NCBI RefSeq assembly: GCF_009914755.1
Contig: NC_060932.1
Origin: the human T2T-CHM13v2.0 reference genome, Homo sapiens
Direction: 5' to 3' (one strand)
DNA: 64,000 bases
Position 1 is the first letter of the stretch; every line of letters starts with the position of its first letter. Position numbers and translations under genes: made by a program. Shown here in pieces: positions 1 to 16,248 of the stretch. A model generated the notes under the pieces. The model was not told where the DNA came from, did no database searches, and worked only from the letters and a program-made list of their open reading frames with translations.

Positions 1-1081
1 AATTCTACTTTGGATCCATAGTAGATGAAAATACTTCTATGGGTTTTCCTTATAGCTGCTAAGCAGGGAACATTGTTAGTAGGTAAATTAAGTTCTAGGA
101 CTGAAACCATTTATGTTACTAACAAAGCTTTAGAGCTACTGCAATACTTAAACTTTTTTTTTTTTTTTAATCATGAAGGGCACGGTAGAATTCAACAGTG
201 AATAAATGAAACCTGAATTTTATTTAAAAACCTCACTTCCATAAGCATAAAGGCATGAATCCTAGAAGAGCCTTAGATAGCATCTGCTCTGTTGATGTTC
301 CTTTACAGGTTAGAAGAGTGAGACTCAAAGATGTGAGCTGACTTTTCCAAGATTATTTGGGAGTTGGTGGCAGACCTATGCCCGTTAGCCTGGCAAATTG
401 CCACAGTGGACTAGAGAAGCAAGTTTTGCAAGACCATCTACTGGGGTACAGGAGAGAAATACTGGAATTTCTTTTTTTATTTAATTATGTAGAAATTTTT
501 CTATATATGTTACAATGCATATTACTGTAGTCATATATGTATATGATGTACACGTAATTCATAAATACACATATGTTTGGCTGCCTCTTAACATTTTTGG
601 TCATAGCCATGTGTAATCATGCCAAAAATTGACCACAGGTCTATGTAAAGGGTCTTCATAAATGGAAGAAGTCCCTGTGTAAAATGGGAGATTTCAAGGC
701 ATTTTTTAAGAATAGGGAGGGAGAAGGATGATTGGTCAGGTAGACGGCTACTGCATAATGTTATATAACCTTCATCTCCTCAGCTTTCCCCAGCCAAATC
801 TGTTGTACATTCTGCACAGTTTGTACTGCACAAAGGACGACAAAGAAAAGAGAAAATTGAAGTTTGAGTATAGGAGCCAGGAGTTCAGTCGTGGTTCCAC
901 GAATGATTGGGAGTTGTGCCTGCCAGAATATACCCTGTAGAAATAGTACATGATGTGTGTATAAAATGTAGTACCTTCTAGCAAAGGCTTAACATGTAGA
1001 TTGACTTGCTTAATATTTGTTATAAAGGCAAAGCTAGATTAAGTATCCTGAAATGTAACTCTTTCCTTTGTGTACATCTGT

Positions 1082-1097
1082 CTAATTTGCTGTCTAG
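1082..1097 (+). promoter_or_regulatory. PDP1: 3' splice acceptor of the PDP1 coding exon (exon starts at 1098)
   Basis: ctaatttgctgtctAG|GAATCCC, with a branch-like CTAAT. The exon-encoded (G)IPVRSSSLPLFSDA is in frame with the ATG, matching a recalled N-terminally extended isoform. Confidence 0.8.
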
Positions 1098-1141
1098 GAA
1101 TCCCAGTCAGAAGTTCCAGCCTGCCACTGTTCTCTGATGCC

Positions 1142-2755
1142 ATGCCAGCACCAACTCAACTGTTTTTTCCTCTCATCCGTAACTGTGAACTGAGCAGGAT
1201 CTATGGCACTGCATGTTACTGCCACCACAAACATCTCTGTTGTTCCTCATCGTACATTCCTCAGAGTCGACTGAGATACACACCTCATCCAGCATATGCT
1301 ACCTTTTGCAGGCCAAAGGAGAACTGGTGGCAGTACACCCAAGGAAGGAGATATGCTTCCACACCACAGAAATTTTACCTCACACCTCCACAAGTCAATA
1401 GCATCCTTAAAGCTAATGAATACAGTTTCAAAGTGCCAGAATTTGACGGCAAAAATGTCAGTTCTATCCTTGGATTTGACAGCAATCAGCTGCCTGCAAA
1501 TGCACCCATTGAGGACCGGAGAAGTGCAGCAACCTGCTTGCAGACCAGAGGGATGCTTTTGGGGGTTTTTGATGGCCATGCAGGTTGTGCTTGTTCCCAG
1601 GCAGTCAGTGAAAGACTCTTTTATTATATTGCTGTCTCTTTGTTACCCCATGAGACTTTGCTAGAGATTGAAAATGCAGTGGAGAGCGGCCGGGCACTGC
1701 TACCCATTCTCCAGTGGCACAAGCACCCCAATGATTACTTTAGTAAGGAGGCATCCAAATTGTACTTTAACAGCTTGAGGACTTACTGGCAAGAGCTTAT
1801 AGACCTCAACACTGGTGAGTCGACTGATATTGATGTTAAGGAGGCTCTAATTAATGCCTTCAAGAGGCTTGATAATGACATCTCCTTGGAGGCGCAAGTT
1901 GGTGATCCTAATTCTTTTCTCAACTACCTGGTGCTTCGAGTGGCATTTTCTGGAGCCACTGCTTGTGTGGCCCATGTGGATGGTGTTGACCTTCATGTGG
2001 CCAATACTGGCGATAGCAGAGCCATGCTGGGTGTGCAGGAAGAGGACGGCTCATGGTCAGCAGTCACGCTGTCTAATGACCACAATGCTCAAAATGAAAG
2101 AGAACTAGAACGGCTGAAATTGGAACATCCAAAGAGTGAGGCCAAGAGTGTCGTGAAACAGGATCGGCTGCTTGGCTTGCTGATGCCATTTAGGGCATTT
2201 GGAGATGTAAAGTTCAAATGGAGCATTGACCTTCAAAAGAGAGTGATAGAATCTGGCCCAGACCAGTTGAATGACAATGAATATACCAAGTTTATTCCTC
2301 CTAATTATCACACACCTCCTTATCTCACTGCTGAGCCAGAGGTAACTTACCACCGATTAAGGCCACAGGATAAGTTTCTGGTGTTGGCTACTGATGGGTT
2401 GTGGGAGACTATGCATAGGCAGGATGTGGTTAGGATTGTGGGTGAGTACCTAACTGGCATGCATCACCAACAGCCAATAGCTGTTGGTGGCTACAAGGTG
2501 ACTCTGGGACAGATGCATGGCCTTTTAACAGAAAGGAGAACCAAAATGTCCTCGGTATTTGAGGATCAGAACGCAGCAACCCATCTCATTCGCCACGCTG
2601 TGGGCAACAACGAGTTTGGGACTGTTGATCATGAGCGCCTCTCTAAAATGCTTAGTCTTCCTGAAGAGCTTGCTCGAATGTACAGAGATGACATTACAAT
2701 CATTGTAGTTCAGTTCAATTCTCATGTTGTAGGGGCGTATCAAAACCAAGAATAG
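1142..2755 (+). CDS. PDP1: Pyruvate dehydrogenase phosphatase catalytic subunit 1, mitochondrial (PP2C/PPM family), 537 aa, encoded within one exon
   Basis: ATG at 1142 (MPAPTQLFFPLIRNCELSR) to TAG at 2753-2755. PP2C motifs EDRR, GVFDGHAG, ANTGDSRA, LATDGLWE and DDITIIVV are present, with an N-terminal transit-like peptide. The track start at 1070 is intronic. Confidence 0.98.
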   Translation: MPAPTQLFFPLIRNCELSRIYGTACYCHHKHLCCSSSYIPQSRLRYTPHPAYATFCRPKENWWQYTQGRRYASTPQKFYLTPPQVNSILKANEYSFKVPEFDGKNVSSILGFDSNQLPANAPIEDRRSAATCLQTRGMLLGVFDGHAGCACSQAVSERLFYYIAVSLLPHETLLEIENAVESGRALLPILQWHKHPNDYFSKEASKLYFNSLRTYWQELIDLNTGESTDIDVKEALINAFKRLDNDISLEAQVGDPNSFLNYLVLRVAFSGATACVAHVDGVDLHVANTGDSRAMLGVQEEDGSWSAVTLSNDHNAQNERELERLKLEHPKSEAKSVVKQDRLLGLLMPFRAFGDVKFKWSIDLQKRVIESGPDQLNDNEYTKFIPPNYHTPPYLTAEPEVTYHRLRPQDKFLVLATDGLWETMHRQDVVRIVGEYLTGMHHQQPIAVGGYKVTLGQMHGLLTERRTKMSSVFEDQNAATHLIRHAVGNNEFGTVDHERLSKMLSLPEELARMYRDDITIIVVQFNSHVVGAYQNQE

Positions 2756-5150
2756 TGAGTGGCTCTTTCACTGGCAATTCTCAAATGATATACATTTAAA
2801 GGGCAGATTTTTTAAAAAGATACTACTATAATAAACATTTCCAGTTGGTCATTCTAAGCATTTACCCTTTTGATACTCTAGCTAGTCAGGTACTCCAAAT
2901 TGACTTTGCAGCAGGGTGGCAGGGTCAGGAGAGTCTGGTCCTGCCTAGCTCAGATTTCATGGCACCTGCACTTGAAGCAAGTCACTTCTTTATCACAGGT
3001 GTCTTGAAACATTAGCTTCTTTTACCAACCTGAGAAAATTAGGATGACCTGGCAAATAAGATCTTGAATAGGCCAAAAGCAAGTATCTTGCTGTGTGTAG
3101 TCTCTTGGTTAAAGTGAAGAAACAGTACTGTTCACACCTTTCTTCACTGAGATTCCAGTGTACATGAGAACATATATTTATTGCATGATTTTCTAGATAC
3201 ACAGTCTATGCATTATTCATATACATTTATTTTAGCCTAAAGTGGTTTTCAAATCCAGTTCTTCAAGCCATAAATGACCAAGATCCAAGCAATCTGAATT
3301 TGTTTTTGTGATTATTTGACTGGAATGCTTCTTAAGTGGAATAACTATACTCCGTTATCCACCCGATTTCCTAATGTAATTGAAAGATTTTCTATTTTGC
3401 CACACACTTGGAGACAATAAGGGTTTTTAGTTTTATCTACTCTTCTATTGAAGTTAAAGAAAGAAAAAAAGATTTTTTTATTTGTATTAATGAAAAGCTT
3501 TAGTTTAAAATAAGGAGATCCAGAATAAAAAGAAGAGACTGATCTCTTCAATTATTGTCATCTGTAGCCACCAGCACATCACTCTTATGTAATCCCCAAA
3601 GGCTTGGCATGCCGTAAGTGTGTGGTGGGTAGACTGCTGCCGGGGAATCGTACTTCTTATTTAGTAATGATAAGACTTTTCATTATTTTTGGAATTTTAA
3701 AGATGACATAAATAAGTTTAAATATCAATTTGGGGAGTAAGGTTTAATATTGCCATCGGGTATTGAGACAGGAGGAAGTTTCTGTTTTTCTCCATTTAGA
3801 CATAGGTCAATTAAAATATTTGGGTTTAAAATGACTAAATGCTTTAAACATATTGTAGCTTAAGATATATGTGTTAAGATATATACATGAGAAACTTTAA
3901 AAGGTAACTACTGTGCATGCCTGATGCTTAATAGAATACTTAGTGGCATCAAATGTTTGCAGCAGTCTCCATAATTATATTCAGTCCCTTCTAATACTGT
4001 ATCAATGTAAATGAAATAAATATATTCAAATTGGCTTTTTGATATGCATCAAGTGGCATTTTGTTCCTGTGTTTAATAGTGATCTGTATACAGCTGTGCA
4101 CATATTGTCATCACTTATTCTAGCATCACTGTTAAGGCTGTGATTATGTTTGATATTCACCTGGATTTTAATACAAGCCAATATCAGCTTCCCATTGTGT
4201 AATAACTTGGGTGTTTAGGAGTCTTTTCACATTTTTTGGGGATATGAACTAGATGTTCAAGAACTCCTTCTGGACTGTGGATACTGAATCAGTGTACTAT
4301 TGGCTGCAGAATTTGTTTCAATTGAAAATAGACTCAGGAAGATTGCTGCTCAGAATATCATATAATGTTTATTTTTTGAGGTGTTTTTGTTTTTATTTGT
4401 GTGTTTTTTTTTTTTTAAGTCAGCTTGGAACTTTTTTCCTGGGTAGTATTTGGGAGAGGGAAAGGCTGTACTATATATTTATTTCTAAATGTTTTGACTG
4501 GGCATTTTTCTTTTAATGAAATATGTGGACTGCTCTAGCAAACCCTATTTTCAGCTACTATTTGAATATTCTTGAACACCACCACTGAAGAGTTTCATAT
4601 ACACCAAATAATGTCTCATCTCTATAGTACAGGGAATATAAAATTGGTTTCCTGTGGTCATGATCAAGATAGTAGTATTATTACACAAGAAACTTGGTCT
4701 GCAGTCTGGAAGCTTGTCTGCTCTATAGAAATGAAAATGCAGCATGAAGTTGACATTGTGGAAATGAAAGTAATTGGGTATTAGAAATCTGAAAGTACTG
4801 TCATCTAAAAGCAATTGTGATTTTATTGTAATTGGTTGTCACTGTTGTACGGTGTCTAGAATTAAAGAATACATGTAAACTTTCATGGTATTTAGCCTTT
4901 CTTAAATTTTTTTAAAATTTAAACTTTCTAACCTATGTATTCAACTTCTGTATTTATATTTAATCAGTGGTTCATGTTATATAATACACCCTTAACTAGT
5001 TAAATGGAATGTTGGTATGGTACAGAGTACCATATTGCTAAGAAAACTGTCTTATAAAAGATGTATATGTGTGAAGACATGAAAGTTTAATGTACAGAAT
5101 GGTTGGAGAAATGCCTATGGTGAATTAAAGCTTCATATCTGCTTTCTGAA
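2756..5150 (+). other. PDP1: PDP1 3'UTR with several candidate poly(A) signals
   Basis: AT-rich and repeat-free. AATAAA at 2830, 3524 and 4015, ATTAAA at 4861 and 5124. The last is followed ~20 nt later by a GT/T-rich element (tgtcctgtgttggttttt). Confidence 0.75.
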
Positions 5151-5170
5151 TGTCCTGTGTTGGTTTTTAA
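5124..5170 (+). terminator. Probable distal polyadenylation site of PDP1
   Basis: ATTAAA at 5124-5129, cleavage near 5149, downstream GU-rich element. Repeats begin right after. Confidence 0.65.
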
Positions 5171-5264
5171 TAACAAGATTGATTAGATGCTTCCTATGTG
5201 TGGTAGATTATATTTAATTTTAGGACCCAGTAGATACATAGTACTTCAAATTTGTAAAAATTGA

Positions 5265-5570
<306 letters not shown>

Positions 5571-5771
5571 AAAATTGAGGTATAATTTAAACAAAATGCA
5601 CAGATTTAAAATTTGCGATGTAACATTTGGTAACACCCCAACAAAGATATAAAACTTTTTCTTCAGAAAATTCCCTATGCCCCTTTCCATTAATCCCTCC
5701 CCTCATAAGTATCATTCCACTTCTCTCACCATAATTTTGCTTCTAGAAATTTATATAAATCATACATGTAC

Positions 5772-6058
5772 TTTTTTTTTTTTTCAGACAGTCTTGCTCT
5801 GTCGCCCTGGCTGGAGTGCATGATCTCGGCTCACTGCAGCCTCCGCCTCCTGGGTTTGAGCAATCCTCCTGCCTCAGCCTCCCAAGTAGCTGGGACTACA
5901 AGCATGTGCCACCACACCTGGCTAACTTTTGTATTTTTGGTGGAGACGGGATTTCACCATGTTAGCCAGACTGGTCTCAAACTCCTGACCTCAAGTGATC
6001 TGCCCACATCAGCCTCCCAAAGTACTGGGATCACAGGCGTAAGCCACTGCACCTGGCC
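5772..6058 (-). mobile_element. Alu (AluS-type)
   Basis: Alu consensus, flanked on both sides by atgtactttt. Confidence 0.95.
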
Positions 6059-6532
6059 CACATATGTACTTTTTATGTTTTACTTTTGCTCAATTTTTGG
6101 AGATTCACTTATGTTGTTGATTGTATTCATAGTCTGTTCCTTATTACTGGGTAGCATTCCAGTGTTTGAATGTATCACAATTTATCCATTCTCTATTGAT
6201 GGATGTTGTCAGTCTCCCCCTGCCCCCCTTTAAAGATAATTTTTAGATTAATAATTCTCAGAAATGCTGTTTGGTTAAGGTGTAGCTTTAACTTTGCAAA
6301 TAATGATTACAGGTAAGTTTTCTGTTAAAGCTTTGATGATAGGACCCTTAATGCCCTTAAAACAAATGGTGGGAATTTTTCATGGTGAAAAGTTCAGTGG
6401 GATTAAGGCGTGGCCCTTTGCTATTGGCCTCTTTGTTCCTCTCCCACTGAGAAGTTTGTTGAGTTCATTAAGCTTGGTAGATGATTGTGTTAATGACAAA
6501 TTGAGAAAATGGCAAATTATACCTTGGTGGGT

Positions 6533-6626
6533 TTTTTGTCTTTTTTAAGAGAGTCTCACTCTGTTACCTAGACTGGCATGTAGTGGTGTGATCACAGCTT
6601 ATTGCAACCTCAACCTCCTAAGCTCA
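6533..6626 (-). mobile_element. Truncated old Alu (AluJ-like right-arm fragment)
   Basis: gagtctcactctgttacctagactgg...caacctcc. Confidence 0.7.
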
Positions 6627-7291
6627 TATAGCTTGGTTTTTGATGGTTTGGGTTTATCACTGCATTGGCCATAGCTATGACTAGGGATGAGGAAGGAAGA
6701 GGATGAAGTGCTGACTGTTGGGGATGGGGTGACTGACTTGAGTATTTCTGCTTTCATTAAACAAAGTTAACACTGCTTAGAATGAGCTTCCATGTTCACT
6801 AGTCAAACAAATACCTGAATGTGGGTTGTTCATTTGTCCTTGGGTATAGCAAGAGGATCTAGGTAACTGTTATTCTCTCTATAGGTTGACATATTTAATT
6901 CTGACCTTTTTCATAAATACTAGAGCAATAGCTATTCATTGTAGAGTTTTTCAGACCTTCAAAAGTTACATTCTGTTAAAATTGATGCAGTGGTGCTTTT
7001 ACTACCTAAACAAGCTGAATAAATGAAGACGTTTTATGGCATCAGAATTGGCTTGTTACAGTATGAAAATCATTTCCTGTTTTCCTTTCAGAATGTACTT
7101 TAAAAGGCAAGCTTAAACCTATTAAATCCTGTCTGTCCAGTTCTTACGACAATGCAGTTTATAACCCTGGATTGAATCATAATGCATAGCATTATTTTCT
7201 AAATAGCTCTCAAATTACAAGTCTTCAAAACAAATATATTAGGAATGATGAAATTTGTATACTCCATATGCCATTAAAAATGGTTATCCAT

Positions 7292-7598
<307 letters not shown>

Positions 7599-7901
7599 AG
7601 GGTTATCCAATGCATGTATATTAAGGTCCACACAATTTAGGCTCAGTTATTTAGCCAATATTTAGGTTCATAAATGGTCCCCATCCAACCCTTGACTCCC
7701 AGAAGCTCCCTATGCACAGAATGAGAGAAGCGTTCCTTTGAGGGTCCACCAGGAACTGTAGCTGCTATTTGTGAGTATCAGGTACCCAGCTCCAAAAGGA
7801 CTGGATATTTCATCTTAGTTTACCTTACTACCCCTACCCAAAGGCGGGTGGAGGAGACAGTTTTCTATCCAGGATCCTGCCCAGACTCATGAGTTCTCTG
7901 C

Positions 7902-8249
<348 letters not shown>

Positions 8250-8715
8250 TGACTTTCTGCCTGTAACAGATGCTCAAAGTGCACAAATACTAAAGTGTGA
8301 GGTTAGTGATCACATTCAGCCTTTCAGAAACTTTAAACCCTGGGCACTAGCAACAAGCAGTCAAGAAGAGTCAACTAAAGATTTTATCTCATCTGTGGCG
8401 ATGAACCAGATTGTCTTTTTGAAGGCCAGGAACTGTTTTATTTGCTGGCAGTGTTGCCTCAGAGACCAGCCTTCCAGCGTGAACACTGAGAAGAATGGGA
8501 AATGTGACAAGAGACCTAAGCTGGGAAAAACAAGAAAAGTGAGGGAAGGGAAAGAATGGTATTGGCAATTGCTGTAGTGATTACAGAGGCAGTAATGGGG
8601 TCAGGGAGCACCAGATCCTAATACTTTGGAACAGTGACAAGGATGAGAGCAAAGCACCGGAAAGACAGCAGTGAGCTAAATAGTAACAAGGTAAAGGACT
8701 TTAAAAATCATTTTT

Positions 8716-9323
<608 letters not shown>

Positions 9324-9819
9324 TTATGTGCACATATTTTATGGTAGGGCAGCAGCAATTGACATTAGCATGGCCATTTAGTCCTGGTCCATTAGATAAG
9401 CAAAAAGGAAAGTCTTTGAAACTGACCACATGGAGAGGGATCTGTGGTACCCAGAAGGATAGTTTTCTCCAAAGAACTTTGCTTAGAAATTATTTTTCTT
9501 TGCTCCAAACCTGTAGATAAGTTAAATAGCCTAATTTAGCCTGATGAAAACAGAGATGGGATCATTAAGGCCCTGGTGTCAGTAGAGACAGAGCTGTGAG
9601 ACCGAGCAGGCCAGAGAGAATGAGGTTTATTAAAGCAGGGCCTTGTTGACCATAAAGTCAGAGCCCTGTGGCTCTGGGCATAACCAGAAAACACACTGAT
9701 GTTGCAGCCATACTAATACTAACAGTAATCACAACCGTTGTTTCTTGTGTACCTACTATGTGCCTGGTTCTGTGAAAAGTACACTGTGTACATGTTCTCA
9801 TTTTATCCTTGTGCCAGGT

Positions 9820-10285
9820 AGTGTCTGGCCCTTCAATCCCTTCTCTGGCTGTCCCTGCCCTGCTCTGTGGACCAGGAAGCCAGACCCTACAGGCTGTAGC
9901 TCCCAGGGCTCATTTGCCTCCTGATTGCCATTTCAGTTCAACCAACAGGTAACACCAGCAGATGATCAGAGGGTGGGATGAGAGAGAGGCTGGGATATTT
10001 CTTCCTTATTCCCTCCATGCTGTGGGCTGCATCTCCAGCCTTAGCTGTAACTCTCACACTGTACTGCTCGTCTTCCATGATTCCAAGCCTCAGTGGGCCC
10101 AGGTAACATTATTTTCTTCCGTTGTCCTTTCAGCCTTAGGGAGGGTAATGACTTCTACTGTTGCTAGTCTCCTGGTGCCCCACCATCCTTTGTTTGTTCC
10201 TTTACTCTTGTTCAAATCTCTGTAAGAAATCCATTCATTTGAAACATCTAGGGTGAAGTCAGTTTCCTGCTGAGACCTGACCAAC
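9820..10285. mobile_element. Old ERVL LTR (LTR33-like)
   Basis: caccagcagatgatcagagggtgggatgagagagaggctgggatattt and the terminal tttcctgctgagacctgac resemble LTR33. Confidence 0.55.
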
Positions 10286-10939
10286 ATAAGCTTCAAAGCA
10301 AGCTGAAGTATTATATCCTCTATTTTAGCCAGCACAAAGAGGCTAGGTAACACGTCCAGCATCACACACCAAACAAATTCACGTCTGTGTTTTTCAAAGC
10401 CGGCATGTTTAATCAACACAGCATGCTGCCTGGCCTCTCCATGTAACCAGAATGATTCCTTTGGAATCGAGAAAGCCTGAGGCCTAAGTGGCCAATAAGC
10501 AAGTGATTCCTTGAGAAGCAGAAACCAAGATTGACATAGCCCAGCAGTTAACATAGCACACAAGGAATGGAGCCCCACACAGATGGAAGGAGTGAGCTGG
10601 GTGCAGAAAAAACAGAATTATGGTTTTATAGGTTAGAACCAGTTGTTTCTCACTTAGCAGTGCATTGCATACACAGGTACATGTTTCTTAGTGCCTTGTT
10701 TCAATTGTCCAGGCACTGAGGATAGGTGTTAGGGGTGAAAGGTGGTTAAAAGGTAGGGTCTGCCTTCAAGGAGCTCACAGTTTGGAGGGAAAATTACCAT
10801 TGCATAAAATAATAATTACCCTTTGGTAATTAGGGATGATTCAGAAACTGAGACAAATACAAAATTTCAACAATAATCCAGAAAAAAGAGTGACTCTGTC
10901 CTGATGTGCCATAGTGACAAGGCAGGCCCTAGAGAGTCA

Positions 10940-11560
<621 letters not shown>

Positions 11561-12035
11561 TCAACCAAGACAAGCATGGGATGCAAGAGTTGGTGGAGGC
11601 AGGCGTGGGAGGAAGAAGGACAAAGGAAGGTCAGCTGGACCCGTGCCAGGCTGAGATCTGGCTTCTAGCCACTCACAGATAGGAGCCTAGACGGATTTAA
11701 GTGAGGAAGTGTTGATGGTTAAACAAGAGAACATCCGTGTGATTTGCATATTGCCATTAGTCATTCGTGGGTCTGCAGTCAAATTTAGTAACCTGGTGTT
11801 TAATTCAAACATAGGCATATTTTTGTTCCCCTCAGTTCCTTGGCTACTATAGTACACTTACTGAACACTACTCAGGTATTGGGCAACTTAAAAGCCACTG
11901 AACCTGAGTAACCTACCAGCCATCCATCAAAGTCTTGGACCATGATAGCTGGATTGAATTACCAGCCACAGGCTGGTTCAGTCCAATCTAGCAAGTGTGT
12001 ATTGGGTTCCTTCATTGTTTTAGGTACTAGGGATA

Positions 12036-12497
12036 CGTGGTAATCAGCCTTCAGGATGGCTCTCAGTGACCCCTGCCTCCTGGTATTTACATCCTGCGTA
12101 GTCAATACACTCCTAGGATTGGGTTAGAGTATAGCAGATGAAATGGGATGGCCCTCCTGATATTAGATTGTAAAAAGACACTGCAGCTTCTGTCTTGGAC
12201 ACTGCTTTGCTCTTGGATAACTGACTCTAGGAAGAGCCATGCTGTGCGCAGCCTTCTAGAGAGGCCCATGGAGAAAGGGACTGAATCCTTCTTCCAACAA
12301 TCACATGAGTGAACTTGGAAGCAGATTTTGCAGTCCCAGTGACGTCTTCATGGCTGCACCCTTAGTCAACAGCATGACTGTGACCTCATGAATGACCTTG
12401 AGCTAGAAAAGCTGCTATCAGGTTCTAAACCCTCAGAAACTGCGTGAGAAATAACTTTGTTGTTTTAGATGCTAAGATTTGAGTTAATTTGTTACAC
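12036..12497 (+). mobile_element. MaLR LTR (MLT1E/F-like)
   Basis: Starts gtggtaatcagccttcaggatggc...tgcctcctggtatttac and ends tgttgttttagatgctaagatttgagttaatttgttaca. Confidence 0.65.
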
Positions 12498-12685
12498 TTT
12501 TGAGAATTTTACAGTTTGGTCACACAGACACTGATTATTTGACTGTGTCTCCAACTTGGATTACCTGGTAAACAAGATGTGCAATGACCAAATAAGTCAC
12601 ATATTTAAAGGTCACTTGGGTTCAAAGAAATGGAGGTAGATCTATACATACTCTCATGAAAAGACTTCTGAGACATATGTAGTAG

Positions 12686-13001
<316 letters not shown>

Positions 13002-13359
13002 CTGTGGTCTTATTTATGTTTTTAAAAAAAGCATCTCCAGTTTTCTAGATTGTCAATGAAAGGGAATTCCACTGGGGGAGGAGCAGCTGACAAGCCAACC
13101 CATGACCCCCTGCAAGTCACTTTCACTTTGGGTAATTTCTGCTAATTTGCTATTACTAATCCTTGAGATTCTCAGCAGGTATATTTACACATTAAAATTC
13201 GATATTTGAAAACACATCTGTTTAACACTGTTCAAAATCATTTTAGGCGAAAGTTTTGTTACAGGAATTAATAGTATGGTTAATAAATAAGTGATATATA
13301 ATGTAAATGTATCAGGCCTCACTGGCCTGTGACTGTAAAATAAGGTCACATGTCATTAT

Positions 13360-14145
13360 AATTTTTTAAATTGAGGTAAGATTAACATGCAATAAAAAGC
13401 CCAGATCTTAGAGGATTGATAAGTTCCAACAATGTCATACACCTGTATAACCACCATCAAAATAATATATAAGACAATTTCTTGTTGTCTTTTTCATTTA
13501 CTGCTCCTTGTAGAGCAGGGCTCTCTCAACAAGCAGTGTGCCCAGAGTATCCAGGACATTTTCATGGTCCCAGAAAGTTCCCTTGTGCCCCTTTCCAGTC
13601 ACTGCATTTCCCTGCAACTGCAAACATGCTGATTTTCATCACCATAGAAATTAGATTTCATATAAATGGAATCTTATATCAGCATCATATTTTTGAGATT
13701 TATACATGTGTATCTTAATAATTTGTTCCTTTTGTTGTTGAGTAATATTCCATTGTTTGACTGTACTAACTTTGTTTATCCACTCACCTCTGGATAACAT
13801 TTGGGTTGTCCAGTTGTTGGCTATTATGAACGAGGCTGCTATAATATTCTTGCATAAGTCATTTTGTGGGCATATGTTTTCATTTCTCCTGGCTAAATAC
13901 CTACAAGTGGAATTACTGGGTCATAGGGTAGTTGTACGTGGAACTTTAAAGAAACTGCAGTTCTCCCAAATGTATGAGCCATTTTACAACACCACCAGCA
14001 ATATATGAGAGTTTACCATTGCTCCACATCCTCATTCACATTGGGTGGTATTCGTGTTGTTTATTTCAGCCACTCTAGTGGGTATAAAGTGGTATCTCAT
14101 TGTGACAACCAAAGGTGTTGAGCACATTTTCTCATGTATCATTTT
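13360..14145 (-). mobile_element. Old L1M (L1ME/MC-like) 3' fragment
   Basis: Typical old-L1 3' motifs: gtaatattccattg, gtggaattactgggtcatagggtag, gtggtatctcattgt. Confidence 0.7.
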
Positions 14146-14351
14146 TATACCTGAAGTGTGATGATCTGAACTTGAGTGCTGCAAATTAGCTTTCTTTCTA
14201 CTGGTGTCTTCCAGTTCTTTCCAGCCGGATGCAGGCAATACCTCACAGGTTCCCACAAGTCAGTCAGTGGGTGCGAGTCAACCTTTCCCTTTATTCCCTA
14301 GGCTCCTTAACATTCAAGGCTCCTTATGTCCTCTTTGATGTTTCCCATTAT

Positions 14352-14452
14352 GGGTTCTGTGCCTATAAATGGGGTGAGGTAGGCAGGGTTCTATGCCTAT
14401 AAATGGGGTGGGGTAGGCAGGGTTCTGTGCCTATAAATGGGGTGGGGTAGGC
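14352..14452 (+). repeat. 34-bp tandem repeat, 3 copies
   Basis: GGGTTCTRTGCCTATAAATGGGGTGRGGTAGGCA at 14352, 14386 and 14420. Confidence 0.95.
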
Positions 14453-15079
14453 GGGAGTGGGGGTTGGGTGGGATGTGAGTGCGTCATCTGTTGCCTGGTT
14501 ACAGGGATCTGTTCCCTCTCCCTGGTAATTTGGGAAACTAAAGCACACTGTAGTTTCCACTGCATCAGAATGGACTCCAAGCTTCCTCATTTTTTCTTCT
14601 TCATTTCCCCAGCACTAGCTTACCTATCATCACCAACCCCGATTTAACTTGTTTCATCACATTATATGTATGACAATTGTTTGAGTCATTAGTTTTTCTT
14701 TTACTTTCTTTGAAAGGCAAATTAAAATCAGTGTTAGGAAGACACAACCTAAAAGTAACAACTTACGTAGGATGAATTGCATCCCAGAAATATGGGCATC
14801 TATCCAGTTTCAAAGGCCTCCACTGACAGAAAGTTTTCCATGAAAGAAAAAAAGTCTTAATCTTTTTAAATCTAGTTTTAATTACTCATTTAATAAGCTT
14901 TCTACAACTTCCTGTCCTGGAAATATCTGGTAACAGGGAATGGAATTGAAGCTACTAATTCAGCTTTCTGTAGTCAGTAGATAATAGCCACAGATCAGAA
15001 GCACCTGTGGTCAGGCGCCAGATTTTTTTTTTTTCTCTCGCTCTCTGTTTCTTGGCACTTAGCCCAGTGCTTGAGTTTC

Positions 15080-16248
<1,169 letters not shown>

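Noticed and set aside
728-984. Two 70-aa ORFs upstream of the PDP1 exon
   Set aside because: No recognisable homology, and they lie in intronic sequence. An alternative exon cannot be supported from sequence alone.
1070-1141. 561-aa PDP1 ORF starting at 1070
   Set aside because: It starts at a non-ATG codon upstream of the splice acceptor at 1096-1097, so the first residues are intronic.
14352-14452. 34-bp repeats resembling a CRISPR array in unit length
   Set aside because: The units are directly adjacent with no spacers, there are no cas genes, and the context is eukaryotic. It is a minisatellite.
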